A stretch of DNA of 64,000 nt from an uncultured Rikenellaceae bacterium (lineage in GTDB: Bacteria > Bacteroidota > Bacteroidia > Bacteroidales > VadinHA17). The stretch spans positions 49,869-113,868 of the forward strand of contig CAZTJT010000001.1 in NCBI GenBank assembly GCA_964613785.1, read 5' to 3'. The notes beneath the pieces were generated by a model. The model saw nothing but the letters and a program-made list of their open reading frames with translations. It searched no databases and was not told the DNA's origin. This document shows, piece after piece, positions 27,694 to 35,833 of the stretch (the stretch's first letter is position 1; every line of letters starts with the position of its first letter). The position numbers and the translations under genes are program-made.

Positions 27694-27711
27694 GTGTTAA
27701 ATAATTAACAA
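27694..27711. promoter_or_regulatory. candidate Rex operator upstream of the TM1266-like regulator gene
   Basis: GTGTTAA-ATAA-TTAACAA, 1 mismatch from TTGTTAAnnnnTTAACAA. It lies 16 nt upstream of the ATG at 27727. Confidence 0.5.
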
Positions 27712-27726
27712 TAAAGTTGTTACGTC

Positions 27727-28254
27727 ATGATTAAAATTCTTGGCATCAAAATAATCGACAGGATTAAAGAAGCCGGACTGACTCAGGAGGTCCTTTCAAT
27801 GCACGCCGGTGCGATAACAACAAGACTGGGATTTCACGAGTTATCATCGGAATTATGCAACCGGGAGGCTTACATAATTCTTCATCTTTCCGCCGAGTCT
27901 CAGGAGATATCAAGACTTCAGACTGATCTGAGAAATATCGGAGGTATTTACATCTCGGAAATGACGTTCGATCACAATAGTCAGTTCAGAAATTTCTCCG
28001 CGGAGGAGGGAGCACTGAGAATTATCGGTATACTGGTAGAGCACAAGAAAAAGGATTCCATCCTGATGATCCAGAAAACACTGACTGCATACGGATGCGT
28101 GATACGTACACGTCTGGGAGTAAATGAAGAATTCCTTGGCAGTCCTGCAGGCCTTATCCTGCTTGAGCTAATGGGTGATGAGATCCAGATGGACCTGCTT
28201 GAAAGAGACCTGCAGAAGCTGCCAGGAGTTATCTTCAGAAAGATGGTACTGTAG
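27727..28254 (+). CDS. tandem-duplicated TM1266-like (ACT/NikR-C-like) putative iron-only hydrogenase system regulator
   Basis: Two ~80-aa halves share the pattern hhhGIhh....h...hL..a...I..RLG......a.hIL.L......h..L...L..h.GV....M. The second half runs IIGILVEHKKK...VIRTRLGV...LILLELMGD...LQKLPGVIFRKMVL. Confidence 0.55.
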   Translation: MIKILGIKIIDRIKEAGLTQEVLSMHAGAITTRLGFHELSSELCNREAYIILHLSAESQEISRLQTDLRNIGGIYISEMTFDHNSQFRNFSAEEGALRIIGILVEHKKKDSILMIQKTLTAYGCVIRTRLGVNEEFLGSPAGLILLELMGDEIQMDLLERDLQKLPGVIFRKMVL

Positions 28255-28263
28255 TTTCAGCCT

Positions 28264-29730
28264 TTAAAGACTGTCGCCGAAATCATCTCTGAATTTTGAC
28301 ACCAGTGTTTGTGGCCAGTCAGATACCGGAATGAGCCTGCCTGTAAAGAACCTGAGTATGGGTGGTTCCTCAATGAATTTCAATCCGCCTACAATATGCC
28401 TGTTCTGATAAAGCCAGTTAAGCCTGTCGATCGCATATTCAATCTGCGACAAAGTGAATACCCGCCTTGGAACAGCAAGCCTCATAAGCTCAAGATCAGC
28501 GAGTATGTCAGCCCCGTTTTCGTCCCTGTTGTTGCTCATTGTACCACGCTCCATGCCTCTGATTCCCGAAATGATATAATAGGCTGCCACCAGCGATCCT
28601 GCAGGATATTCAGTCTGAGGTACATGGCTCAGGAACTGCATTGCATCAACATGACAGCCGAGGGCACCACCTGGCATTATTACCGGAATGCCAAGCTTGT
28701 CGAGTTCCTGGACCATATAATTTATAAATATTGGTGAATGACTCACCACTGAATCTTCGATGGTCTCCTTCAAGCCTTCTGCCATTGATTCAATTTCACG
28801 GATCGGAATTCCTCCATAGGTTAGAAAGCCTTCATAAACAGGAACAAGGTATTTCATCTGGTTATATATTTCCGGTTCATTTGTACAGATAGCTCCTCCC
28901 CTCGACGAACTTACCTTTCTTCCCGAAAAATAAACGATATCGCACAATGAGCTCATCTCAAGGAGTATTGACTCAAGAGAGCTTTTACTGTAACCATTCT
29001 CCCTGGTCTTTATGAAATAGGCATTCTCTCCCACGAGGCTGGCATCAAGAACTATTTTCAGACCATGTCTGTCGGCAATCCTCCTTACTTCCTTGAGGTT
29101 TGCCATCGAAAAAGGCTGTCCGCCTATTAAATTTGTGGATGCTTCCATCCTTATAAAAGGAATTCTATCTGTACCGTAAAGAGTTATTACTTCCTCAAGC
29201 CTTCCTGTATCAATATTTCCTTTGAAAGGATTGGTGCTTTTGATCTTCATCGCCTCGGGGGTATATAGTTCAAGCACAGTGCCCCCGTTAAGTTGAATGT
29301 GCGCAAGGGTTGTAGTGAAATGGTAATTCATCGGTACTACCGAACCTTCCTTTACATACGATTTGCTGATTATATTTTCGGCTGCACGCCCCTGATGCAC
29401 GGGAAGAACATATTTCTTGCCGAATACCTTTAACACACTTTTCCTGAATTTGTCAAAACTCTGAGACCCGGCATAAGCATCGTCAGCCACAAACATCTTT
29501 GACATTTGCGCATCGCTCATCGCATTTGTCCCACTGTCTGTCAGCATGTCAAGAAAAATGTCGGATGTTGATAAGAGGAATGAGTTGTAACCGGCATCAG
29601 TAATCGCCTCAAGACGGCGTTCCACCGGCACCAGATTCAACGCCTGCACGATCCTTACCTTATGCATCTCAATGGGAAGCTGTTTCCCGCTGAAAAATTT
29701 CACTGCATTGTTTGCCACTGTTTGCTCCAT
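28264..29730 (-). CDS. beta-eliminating lyase, tyrosine phenol-lyase-like
   Basis: 488 aa, collinear with TPL/tryptophanase (LTDSGTNAMSD, DAYAGS, SGRK PLP-lysine region, AVPRRV). It has HFTTT where TPL has YFTTT and TnaA has FFDTT. It has LRFFT where TnaA has LRHFT. Confidence 0.7.
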   Translation of the reverse strand: MEQTVANNAVKFFSGKQLPIEMHKVRIVQALNLVPVERRLEAITDAGYNSFLLSTSDIFLDMLTDSGTNAMSDAQMSKMFVADDAYAGSQSFDKFRKSVLKVFGKKYVLPVHQGRAAENIISKSYVKEGSVVPMNYHFTTTLAHIQLNGGTVLELYTPEAMKIKSTNPFKGNIDTGRLEEVITLYGTDRIPFIRMEASTNLIGGQPFSMANLKEVRRIADRHGLKIVLDASLVGENAYFIKTRENGYSKSSLESILLEMSSLCDIVYFSGRKVSSSRGGAICTNEPEIYNQMKYLVPVYEGFLTYGGIPIREIESMAEGLKETIEDSVVSHSPIFINYMVQELDKLGIPVIMPGGALGCHVDAMQFLSHVPQTEYPAGSLVAAYYIISGIRGMERGTMSNNRDENGADILADLELMRLAVPRRVFTLSQIEYAIDRLNWLYQNRHIVGGLKFIEEPPILRFFTGRLIPVSDWPQTLVSKFRDDFGDSL

Positions 29731-29770
29731 AATCTATTGCTCTTTTAGTTTTTAATTGTTTTTAAATTAA

Positions 29771-29799
29771 AAAGGCTTACCGCACTGTGGTAAGCCTTT
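29771..29799 (-). terminator. intrinsic-terminator-like hairpin in the lyase leader
   Basis: 11-bp stem AAAGGCUUACC/GGUAAGCCUUU with a 7-nt loop, followed on the minus strand by UUAAUUUAAAAAC. It ends ~40 nt upstream of the lyase ATG. Confidence 0.5.
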
Positions 29800-29821
29800 A
29801 TCTGATATTGTGTCACCGGCA

Positions 29822-29911
29822 CTAATCTATTTCCAGACTCACCAACCAGGTTCTGGAATAATAGTAATAATACCTGTGCAGATTATTCTTTGCCTTCATT
29901 TTATTAAGCAT
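29822..29911 (-). CDS. Tyr-rich leader peptide ORF (25 or 29 codons)
   Basis: ATG at 29911 or 29899, TAG at 29822-29824. Reads M(LNKM)KAKNNLHRYYYYYSRTWLVSLEID. The five consecutive Tyr codons occupy 29858-29872. Confidence 0.5.
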   Translation of the reverse strand: MLNKMKAKNNLHRYYYYYSRTWLVSLEID

Positions 29912-29915
29912 ATGG

Positions 29916-29963
29916 CAAACCTAGCTTAAATTTATTCAAAAAACAACAGTAGTGGCAAATATA
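29916..29963 (-). promoter_or_regulatory. two candidate -7 boxes for the leader-lyase transcript
   Basis: The reverse complement of 29916-29923 is TAGGTTTG and that of 29956-29963 is TATATTTG. Both match TAnnTTTG. Confidence 0.35.
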
Positions 29964-30107
29964 ATAAATGATTTCTCTTTGAATGAAATTTTGAGTTTGG
30001 TATTCATCAGCCTATAATACATAAGTTTCTCGCAAGTTCACAACCCTTGCAACGCTTGATAAATGAGCCCGGTACTGAAAATCAAACCAGTGACTGGCCC
30101 CGTGAAG

Positions 30108-32651
30108 CTATCTGATTATCTGACCGAAAAAAATAGAATTGAGGAACAGCTTGTTCGTACCATACCATACAGCTCTGAAGTTTGTGTCGTCGTAAAACGA
30201 AATAATCCCGTTTTTGTGAACGGTTGCATAGGCTGAGTTTTTTATCCTGTTTAAGTTTTCATCGGAACAGTAACCGCTGAGCAAAGGATTATCCAGATAT
30301 CTGACAGGATTATTATAGTTGTCGGAACTGACTCTTGCAGCATTCTGTGTCGACTTGAAAACCGGTATAATATTACTTGTGTAGCCGAAGCATAATGGAT
30401 GCGTAAGGTCAAGTTTTGTCTGAAAAATTGATCCGGGGATCTGGTGAACCTGGCGATCTGAGCCCTGGTTTGAATAGGCAGGCTCCCTGGGTTTAACAGT
30501 TACCTCAGGGATAAATTCAATTTCAGCAAGATTGTTTTTCACCAGCCACCTATTACCTCCCTCGATTGCAATGAGATTCCTTCCGGGGCGTAACCATGAT
30601 TTGATCTTTTCAATCCCTGAGGGAGAGATCTCGGGTGAACCAGCAATTACAATGCTATTGTATCTGTTAAGGTCAGAGGCTCCGAATCTGGAAACAGGAA
30701 TAAGAGTAACCGGTATCCCGAATCTTGAGTCGAGCAAATGCCATATTTCACCTGAGATTGAGCTACTGATTCCGTCACCAACAACCATGGCAACAGAAGG
30801 TTTCACTAGAACCTGGATAGTGTTGCTTCCCAGATCAACTCCCGCTTCCGTCAGACCTGTCTGAACTCCGTAAATCGATATGCCGCATTCAATCGATGTT
30901 TTTTTCATTAGATCGTGCAGCTGTTCAGTCTCAAACGGCTGAACCGAACAGGGAATTACAATTGTTCCTGCGTCAAATGTTCTTTTCCCGTTACCGATCA
31001 TACAGGTGAACCTCTTTGTTGATAACCTGGTAATTATTCCGTTTTCCTGAAGCCTGAAAAGAGCTTTGGGAGCATAGTAGTCAGTCCATTCAAAAAGATA
31101 TGCATAAGGTTTGTCGGGTGAAATCAATTGACCTGCCACATCTGGAGGTTCCGTTACTTCCATACCTGTAAGTGCATCAATTTCTTTTAACTGCATAAGG
31201 GGTGCATATTTCAGATTGAATGACATGGGTAATACCCATGTAGAAACATCGTAAAAAATACTGTCGCTGAAATCTTTGACAGGTTCAAAGAGGCTTCTTA
31301 TGAAACGGTATTCCACCTGTTTGAGAGGAACTATGTAACTATCAGCGGACCTGTAAATCGTGCCATTCTTCTCAATATCTCTTGCTGACCTGTAAACCTT
31401 TATCTTATGTTGGAGCAGGATGTTAACGAATTCTTTTAGTCTTGATTTATCTGCCGGTTCTCCAAATATATATGCTTTCACAGGATGCTTTTCAGCTTCG
31501 TCAAGAGCATCTCTGTAAAAACTTATCTGACTTTGAAGCAGCTCGTTCTTCATTTTCAGCCCGGCTTCAAGTGTTGAAAGTGATACCGTGAACTGATTCC
31601 TGATTGCAAAAGGAAATGATAAAAGCATTCCAGGGGTTTCTCTCAGATGGCCCTTAGTGCCGGCCTGTTCAAACAAAATTCCGACAGATCCATGAATATC
31701 GGGATAAGATGATCCCTTGCCCACATAAAAATCATCAAAGCTTTCTTCGGTGAAGTACAGGCTGCCAAGCTCGTTGAGAAACATCTCATGGAACTTCGCT
31801 ATTTGTGCCGTAAGTTTGAAGTTAATTTCAGGTGTAAGCGGATTGTTTCGGCTCTGAACACCTGGTTGAAAAAAGAAGGTTTCATTTGGTCCGGTTTCAT
31901 GATGATCGGTGTTGATGTTAGGCTTCCACCTGTGAAATGCCGCCACTCTGCCTTTTGATTCGGGATGCTGAAGCATTATATAGTCGCGGTTAAGGTCGAA
32001 CCAGTAATGATTGGTTCTGCCACCCGGCCAGCTTTCGCTGAACTCCCATGAAGCTGGATCGGGATTATCCCTGAGGCTTCTTGACGCATTAACCCATGTG
32101 GAGTGCCTCTGCATGCCATCAGGATTAAGTGATGGATCAATGAGTACAACAATATTATTCAGTAGTTCATTCATTTCAGGGCCCTCTCCGGCAACAAGAT
32201 AGTATGCTATGAGCGCAGAGGCATTCTGTGCGCTCGACTCATTGCCGTGTATCCCATACCCCATTTTTATGAATACTGGCATCTTACTAATATCGGCCTT
32301 ATCCGATTCAGCCGGATCGCAAAGCTTGAGGTGCTGCTTCCTAAGAGCCTCAAGATTCCTTATGTTTTCAGGTGAACTGATTATTAGATGCCCGAGAGGG
32401 CGGTTTTCATAGCTTCTGCCATATTCTTCCCATTCAGCCCGGTCAGAAACCTCAGACAGCTCCAGCATATACGAATAAAGCCTGTCGTGTGAAAGATGCC
32501 ACTCACCAATCTCATGCCCGAAAAACTCTTTTGGTGAAGGTATATCAGAATTATAGCTTACATCCTGTGGAAGGTAATAGCTTATCGATACCTGGGCTCT
32601 GGTATAACAGGCTAAATGGATCAAAAAGAAGGCTAGGAATATTTTTTTCAT
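30108..32651 (-). CDS. M14-family zinc carboxypeptidase-like secreted protein
   Basis: Signal peptide MKKIFLAFFLIHLACYTRAQ and M14 motifs (YGIHGNESS). It has a large C-terminal extension. I prefer ATG 32651 over the TTG at 32687. Confidence 0.75.
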   Translation of the reverse strand: MKKIFLAFFLIHLACYTRAQVSISYYLPQDVSYNSDIPSPKEFFGHEIGEWHLSHDRLYSYMLELSEVSDRAEWEEYGRSYENRPLGHLIISSPENIRNLEALRKQHLKLCDPAESDKADISKMPVFIKMGYGIHGNESSAQNASALIAYYLVAGEGPEMNELLNNIVVLIDPSLNPDGMQRHSTWVNASRSLRDNPDPASWEFSESWPGGRTNHYWFDLNRDYIMLQHPESKGRVAAFHRWKPNINTDHHETGPNETFFFQPGVQSRNNPLTPEINFKLTAQIAKFHEMFLNELGSLYFTEESFDDFYVGKGSSYPDIHGSVGILFEQAGTKGHLRETPGMLLSFPFAIRNQFTVSLSTLEAGLKMKNELLQSQISFYRDALDEAEKHPVKAYIFGEPADKSRLKEFVNILLQHKIKVYRSARDIEKNGTIYRSADSYIVPLKQVEYRFIRSLFEPVKDFSDSIFYDVSTWVLPMSFNLKYAPLMQLKEIDALTGMEVTEPPDVAGQLISPDKPYAYLFEWTDYYAPKALFRLQENGIITRLSTKRFTCMIGNGKRTFDAGTIVIPCSVQPFETEQLHDLMKKTSIECGISIYGVQTGLTEAGVDLGSNTIQVLVKPSVAMVVGDGISSSISGEIWHLLDSRFGIPVTLIPVSRFGASDLNRYNSIVIAGSPEISPSGIEKIKSWLRPGRNLIAIEGGNRWLVKNNLAEIEFIPEVTVKPREPAYSNQGSDRQVHQIPGSIFQTKLDLTHPLCFGYTSNIIPVFKSTQNAARVSSDNYNNPVRYLDNPLLSGYCSDENLNRIKNSAYATVHKNGIISFYDDTNFRAVWYGTNKLFLNSIFFGQIIR

Positions 32652-32689
32652 CACTTTTAAAAAGTAAGTTAAAGTCTTAATAGTCAATT

Positions 32690-32760
32690 TTTTATTGATT
32701 ATCGATAATTATTTTACCCGTTACGGGTATTCTTTTATTGATTTTCGATAATTATTTTAC
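32690..32760. repeat. 28-bp direct repeat (27/28 identical), 43-bp period; copy A holds a 12-bp palindrome
   Basis: Copy A (32690-32717) is ttttattgattatcgataattattttac. Copy B (32733-32760) is ttttattgattttcgataattattttac. Copy A contains the perfect palindrome ATTATCGATAAT (32698-32709). Confidence 0.6.
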
Positions 32761-32903
32761 ACTTTTTGTCTTCTGTCATAATGTCCTGAGTCGCCCCATT
32801 CGTCGCAGATCATCCCATTATCAGCAAGGCTTATCCTTTCTTCAAGGCAGTTTCGGCAATCTTCATCTGAATCAGAAGAGCATGGTTTATTGATGTTTGT
32901 CAT
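32757..32903 (-). CDS. hypothetical 48-aa acidic Cys-containing protein
   Basis: Below the ORF-track size cutoff. Reads MTNINKPCSSDSDEDCRNCLEERISLADNGMICDEWGDSGHYDRRQKV. Its composition is noticeably less AT-rich than the flanking spacers. Confidence 0.3.
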   Translation of the reverse strand: MTNINKPCSSDSDEDCRNCLEERISLADNGMICDEWGDSGHYDRRQKV

Positions 32904-33220
32904 TTTTGTTGTTAAAATCCATTAAGAAAAAGCAATTGCATATAGATTGCTGCCGATCTTTAATGAGAAGGATTATTTCCAGAATATTGTTCCTGATTAA
33001 TTTCATCTGCAAAAATAACTTTTATAATCATTTGCCGGTTGCTGACAACTAACATGATCACTCTTTTGTTTTGTACTATTTATTTTTATTATATTGCTTT
33101 TTATATAATAGTAGGCGGTATGTTTATAAGCTGTTATATATCACAAACATACTTATTTGTTGTAGCAAATAATGTGGGTTTTCTAAAACGATTTGGCGGT
33201 CTGTGATTTATTTTTTCTGA

Positions 33221-33234
33221 CATTGATATCAATG
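33221..33234. promoter_or_regulatory. perfect 14-bp palindrome CATTGATATCAATG upstream of the acyl-CoA synthetase gene
   Basis: Exact self-complementarity, 36-49 nt upstream of the ATG at 33270 and followed by CATTTTT. Confidence 0.3.
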
Positions 33235-33269
33235 CATTTTTAAATCATTTCTCAGCCTAAAACAGAATT

Positions 33270-35327
33270 ATGTTAAATGACAAACTGATAAATCCTTCCA
33301 GCATAGTTGTTGTTGGGGGATCCGACGATCTTTTTAAACCAGGCGGCAAAATTCTAAGAAACATAATTGATGGAGAATACAAAGGTGATCTGTTTGCCGT
33401 AAATCCAAAACAGGATATAATTCAGGGCGTAAAGTCATACAGGGATATTAATGATCTTCCTCCTGTTGATCTTGCAATTCTGGCCATACCCTCAAAATAT
33501 TGTTACCAGGTTGTTGACATACTTGTCAGGAAGAAGGATACGAGGGCATTTATTATAATTTCAGCAGGATTCAGTGAGGCCGGGGAGGATGGTAAGAAGA
33601 TGGAGGAGGAGATCGCCCGGCTTATTGATGAATCAGGTGGATGCCTTATTGGTCCAAACTGTATTGGGGTTGTGACCCGTACATACCAGGGTGTATTCAC
33701 TACTCCTGTTCCAAAGCTTTCGGAAAAAGGGTGCGACTTTGTAAGCGGTTCAGGAGCTACAGCATTGTTCATCATCGAATCTGCAATTCCAAAAGGTCTG
33801 CGGTTCTCGAGTATGTTTTCAGTAGGAAACAGTGCTCAGACAGGAGTTGAAGAAGTTCTTGAATATTGGGATCTTACTTATGATCCGGCCGTAAGTTCTC
33901 CCATAAAGCTCATTTATGTAGAAGCAATCCCTGACCCTGACAAGCTTCTGCACCATGCTTCTTCTCTGATACGAAAGGGATGCAGAATCGCAGCGATAAA
34001 AGCAGGAACCACTGAAGCGGGAAGCAGGGCGGCATCATCGCATACAGGAGCGTTGGCCTCTTCCGACTCAGCCGTTGAAGCTCTTTTCAGAAAGGCAGGA
34101 ATAGTACGTTGTTCCGGACGCGAAGAACTGACCACAGTGGCATCTGTATTTATGCATAAACCTTTGAAAGGAAGGAATATTGCTATCGTTACACATGCCG
34201 GAGGGCCTGCAGTTATGCTAACGGATGCACTGTCGGCAGGCGGAATGAATATACCAAAACTGGAAGTTGAAGATCAGAAACGGATTCTTGCCATGATGAA
34301 TCCGGGTGCTTCAGCGGTGAACCCGATCGACATGATAGCCACCGCTACAATAGAACAGCTTGACATGGTAATTGAGTATGTTGATAAGCATCTGGACATT
34401 ATAGATGGTATGAGCGTAATTTTCGGAAACAATGGACTGAATGACATGACTGAAGTATATGATCTTCTCCATAGGAAAATCATGGAATGCAATAAACCTC
34501 TGTATCCTATTCTGCCTTCTGTATCAAGCTCATTTAGAGAACTGGAGTATTTCATGGGCAAAGGTCATGTTAATTTCCCCGATGAGGTTGTTTTGGGAAG
34601 AGCCCTAACAAAAATCTCAAATACTCCATATCCAGCTGAAGAAAAAATCTTTCTTGAAAAGGTTGATGTCCCCAAGATTAGGAAGATTATCGAAAGTTCG
34701 GATAATGGATACCTTGAGCCTGTGGTTATACAGCAGCTTCTCAGAGCTGCCCAGATACCTCTTGTTAAGGAAGCCATAGTCACAACCAGAAGGGAGGTGA
34801 TAAAAATGGCGGAAAAGATTGGATATCCCCTGGTGCTTAAAGTAGTAGGGCCTGTACATAAATCTGATGTAGGAGGTGTTACCCTTAACATCAAGTCTCA
34901 GAAACACCTTGAAGCCGAGTTTAAACGGATGAAAAAGATAAGTGGTGTTACAGGGGTGATGATTCAGGAGATGCTTTCGGGAACAGAACTTTTTATAGGA
35001 GCTAAGTATGAGCCGAGGTTCGGACATATAATTCTATGCGGATTGGGAGGGATATTTGTGGAGGTGCTTGGTGATGTTTCCTCCGGCCTAGCACCTCTGA
35101 CGTTCAATGAGGCCAATTCAATGATAAGGAGCCTGCGGGCTTATAAAATCATCAAAGGTACCAGAGGGAAACCGGGTATAAACGAGACAAAATTCGCCGA
35201 GATAATTGTAAGGCTTTCAAGCTTGCTGAGATTTGCAACAGAAATAAAGGAACTGGATCTTAATCCGCTGATTGGAAGTCAGAAAGGTATTACGGTAGTT
35301 GATGCAAGAATCAGGATTGAAAAATGA
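33270..35327 (+). CDS. ADP-forming acyl-CoA synthetase (fused alpha/beta, acetate--CoA ligase family)
   Basis: N-terminal CoA-binding/succinyl-CoA-synthetase-like domains and a C-terminal ATP-grasp (GYPLVLKVVGPVHKSDVGGV). 685 aa. Confidence 0.8.
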   Translation: MLNDKLINPSSIVVVGGSDDLFKPGGKILRNIIDGEYKGDLFAVNPKQDIIQGVKSYRDINDLPPVDLAILAIPSKYCYQVVDILVRKKDTRAFIIISAGFSEAGEDGKKMEEEIARLIDESGGCLIGPNCIGVVTRTYQGVFTTPVPKLSEKGCDFVSGSGATALFIIESAIPKGLRFSSMFSVGNSAQTGVEEVLEYWDLTYDPAVSSPIKLIYVEAIPDPDKLLHHASSLIRKGCRIAAIKAGTTEAGSRAASSHTGALASSDSAVEALFRKAGIVRCSGREELTTVASVFMHKPLKGRNIAIVTHAGGPAVMLTDALSAGGMNIPKLEVEDQKRILAMMNPGASAVNPIDMIATATIEQLDMVIEYVDKHLDIIDGMSVIFGNNGLNDMTEVYDLLHRKIMECNKPLYPILPSVSSSFRELEYFMGKGHVNFPDEVVLGRALTKISNTPYPAEEKIFLEKVDVPKIRKIIESSDNGYLEPVVIQQLLRAAQIPLVKEAIVTTRREVIKMAEKIGYPLVLKVVGPVHKSDVGGVTLNIKSQKHLEAEFKRMKKISGVTGVMIQEMLSGTELFIGAKYEPRFGHIILCGLGGIFVEVLGDVSSGLAPLTFNEANSMIRSLRAYKIIKGTRGKPGINETKFAEIIVRLSSLLRFATEIKELDLNPLIGSQKGITVVDARIRIEK

Positions 35328-35406
35328 TATAGATACGAATCAGATGAACAATGCAAAATAATATGTATGTTCGGGGCTTCAAATAATAACTTAAAAATTA
35401 AACAAT

Positions 35407-35832
35407 ATGGTAATACCTCAACTTTCAGTTTTCCTTGAGAACAAATCAGGCAGGCTCACCGAGGTATTGGAAGTGCTTGGCAAAGAACGCATCAGAATAA
35501 CAGCATTGAGTGTTGCTGATACCTCTGAGTTCGGGATCCTGAGAATGATTGTCTCCGATCCGGAAAAAGCCAAAGGACTTCTAAAGGATCATAATTTTAC
35601 CGTTAACCTCTCTGATGTCATATCGGTTATGGCACCTGATGAGGCCAGGTATTATGCTAAAATCCTCAGGATTCTGTCAGACCAGGAAATAAGTATTGAA
35701 TACACATATGCTTTTTCGCGTGGTTCCAAATCAATAATTATCCTTCGGTGTAACAACAATGAACAGGCTATCAAGGCACTGAAGGATCACGAAATGGAAC
35801 TTATTAACGCCAGCGACCTTTACAAGATCTGA
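35407..35832 (+). CDS. ACT-domain protein
   Basis: 141 aa made of two ACT-like halves. Its stop lies 1 nt before the CoA ligase start. Confidence 0.75.
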   Translation: MVIPQLSVFLENKSGRLTEVLEVLGKERIRITALSVADTSEFGILRMIVSDPEKAKGLLKDHNFTVNLSDVISVMAPDEARYYAKILRILSDQEISIEYTYAFSRGSKSIIILRCNNNEQAIKALKDHEMELINASDLYKI

Positions 35833-35833
35833 T

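Noticed and set aside
28309-28737. 142-aa plus-strand ORF inside the lyase gene
   Set aside because: It is a shadow ORF opposite a CDS that is collinear with TPL/tryptophanase along its whole length.
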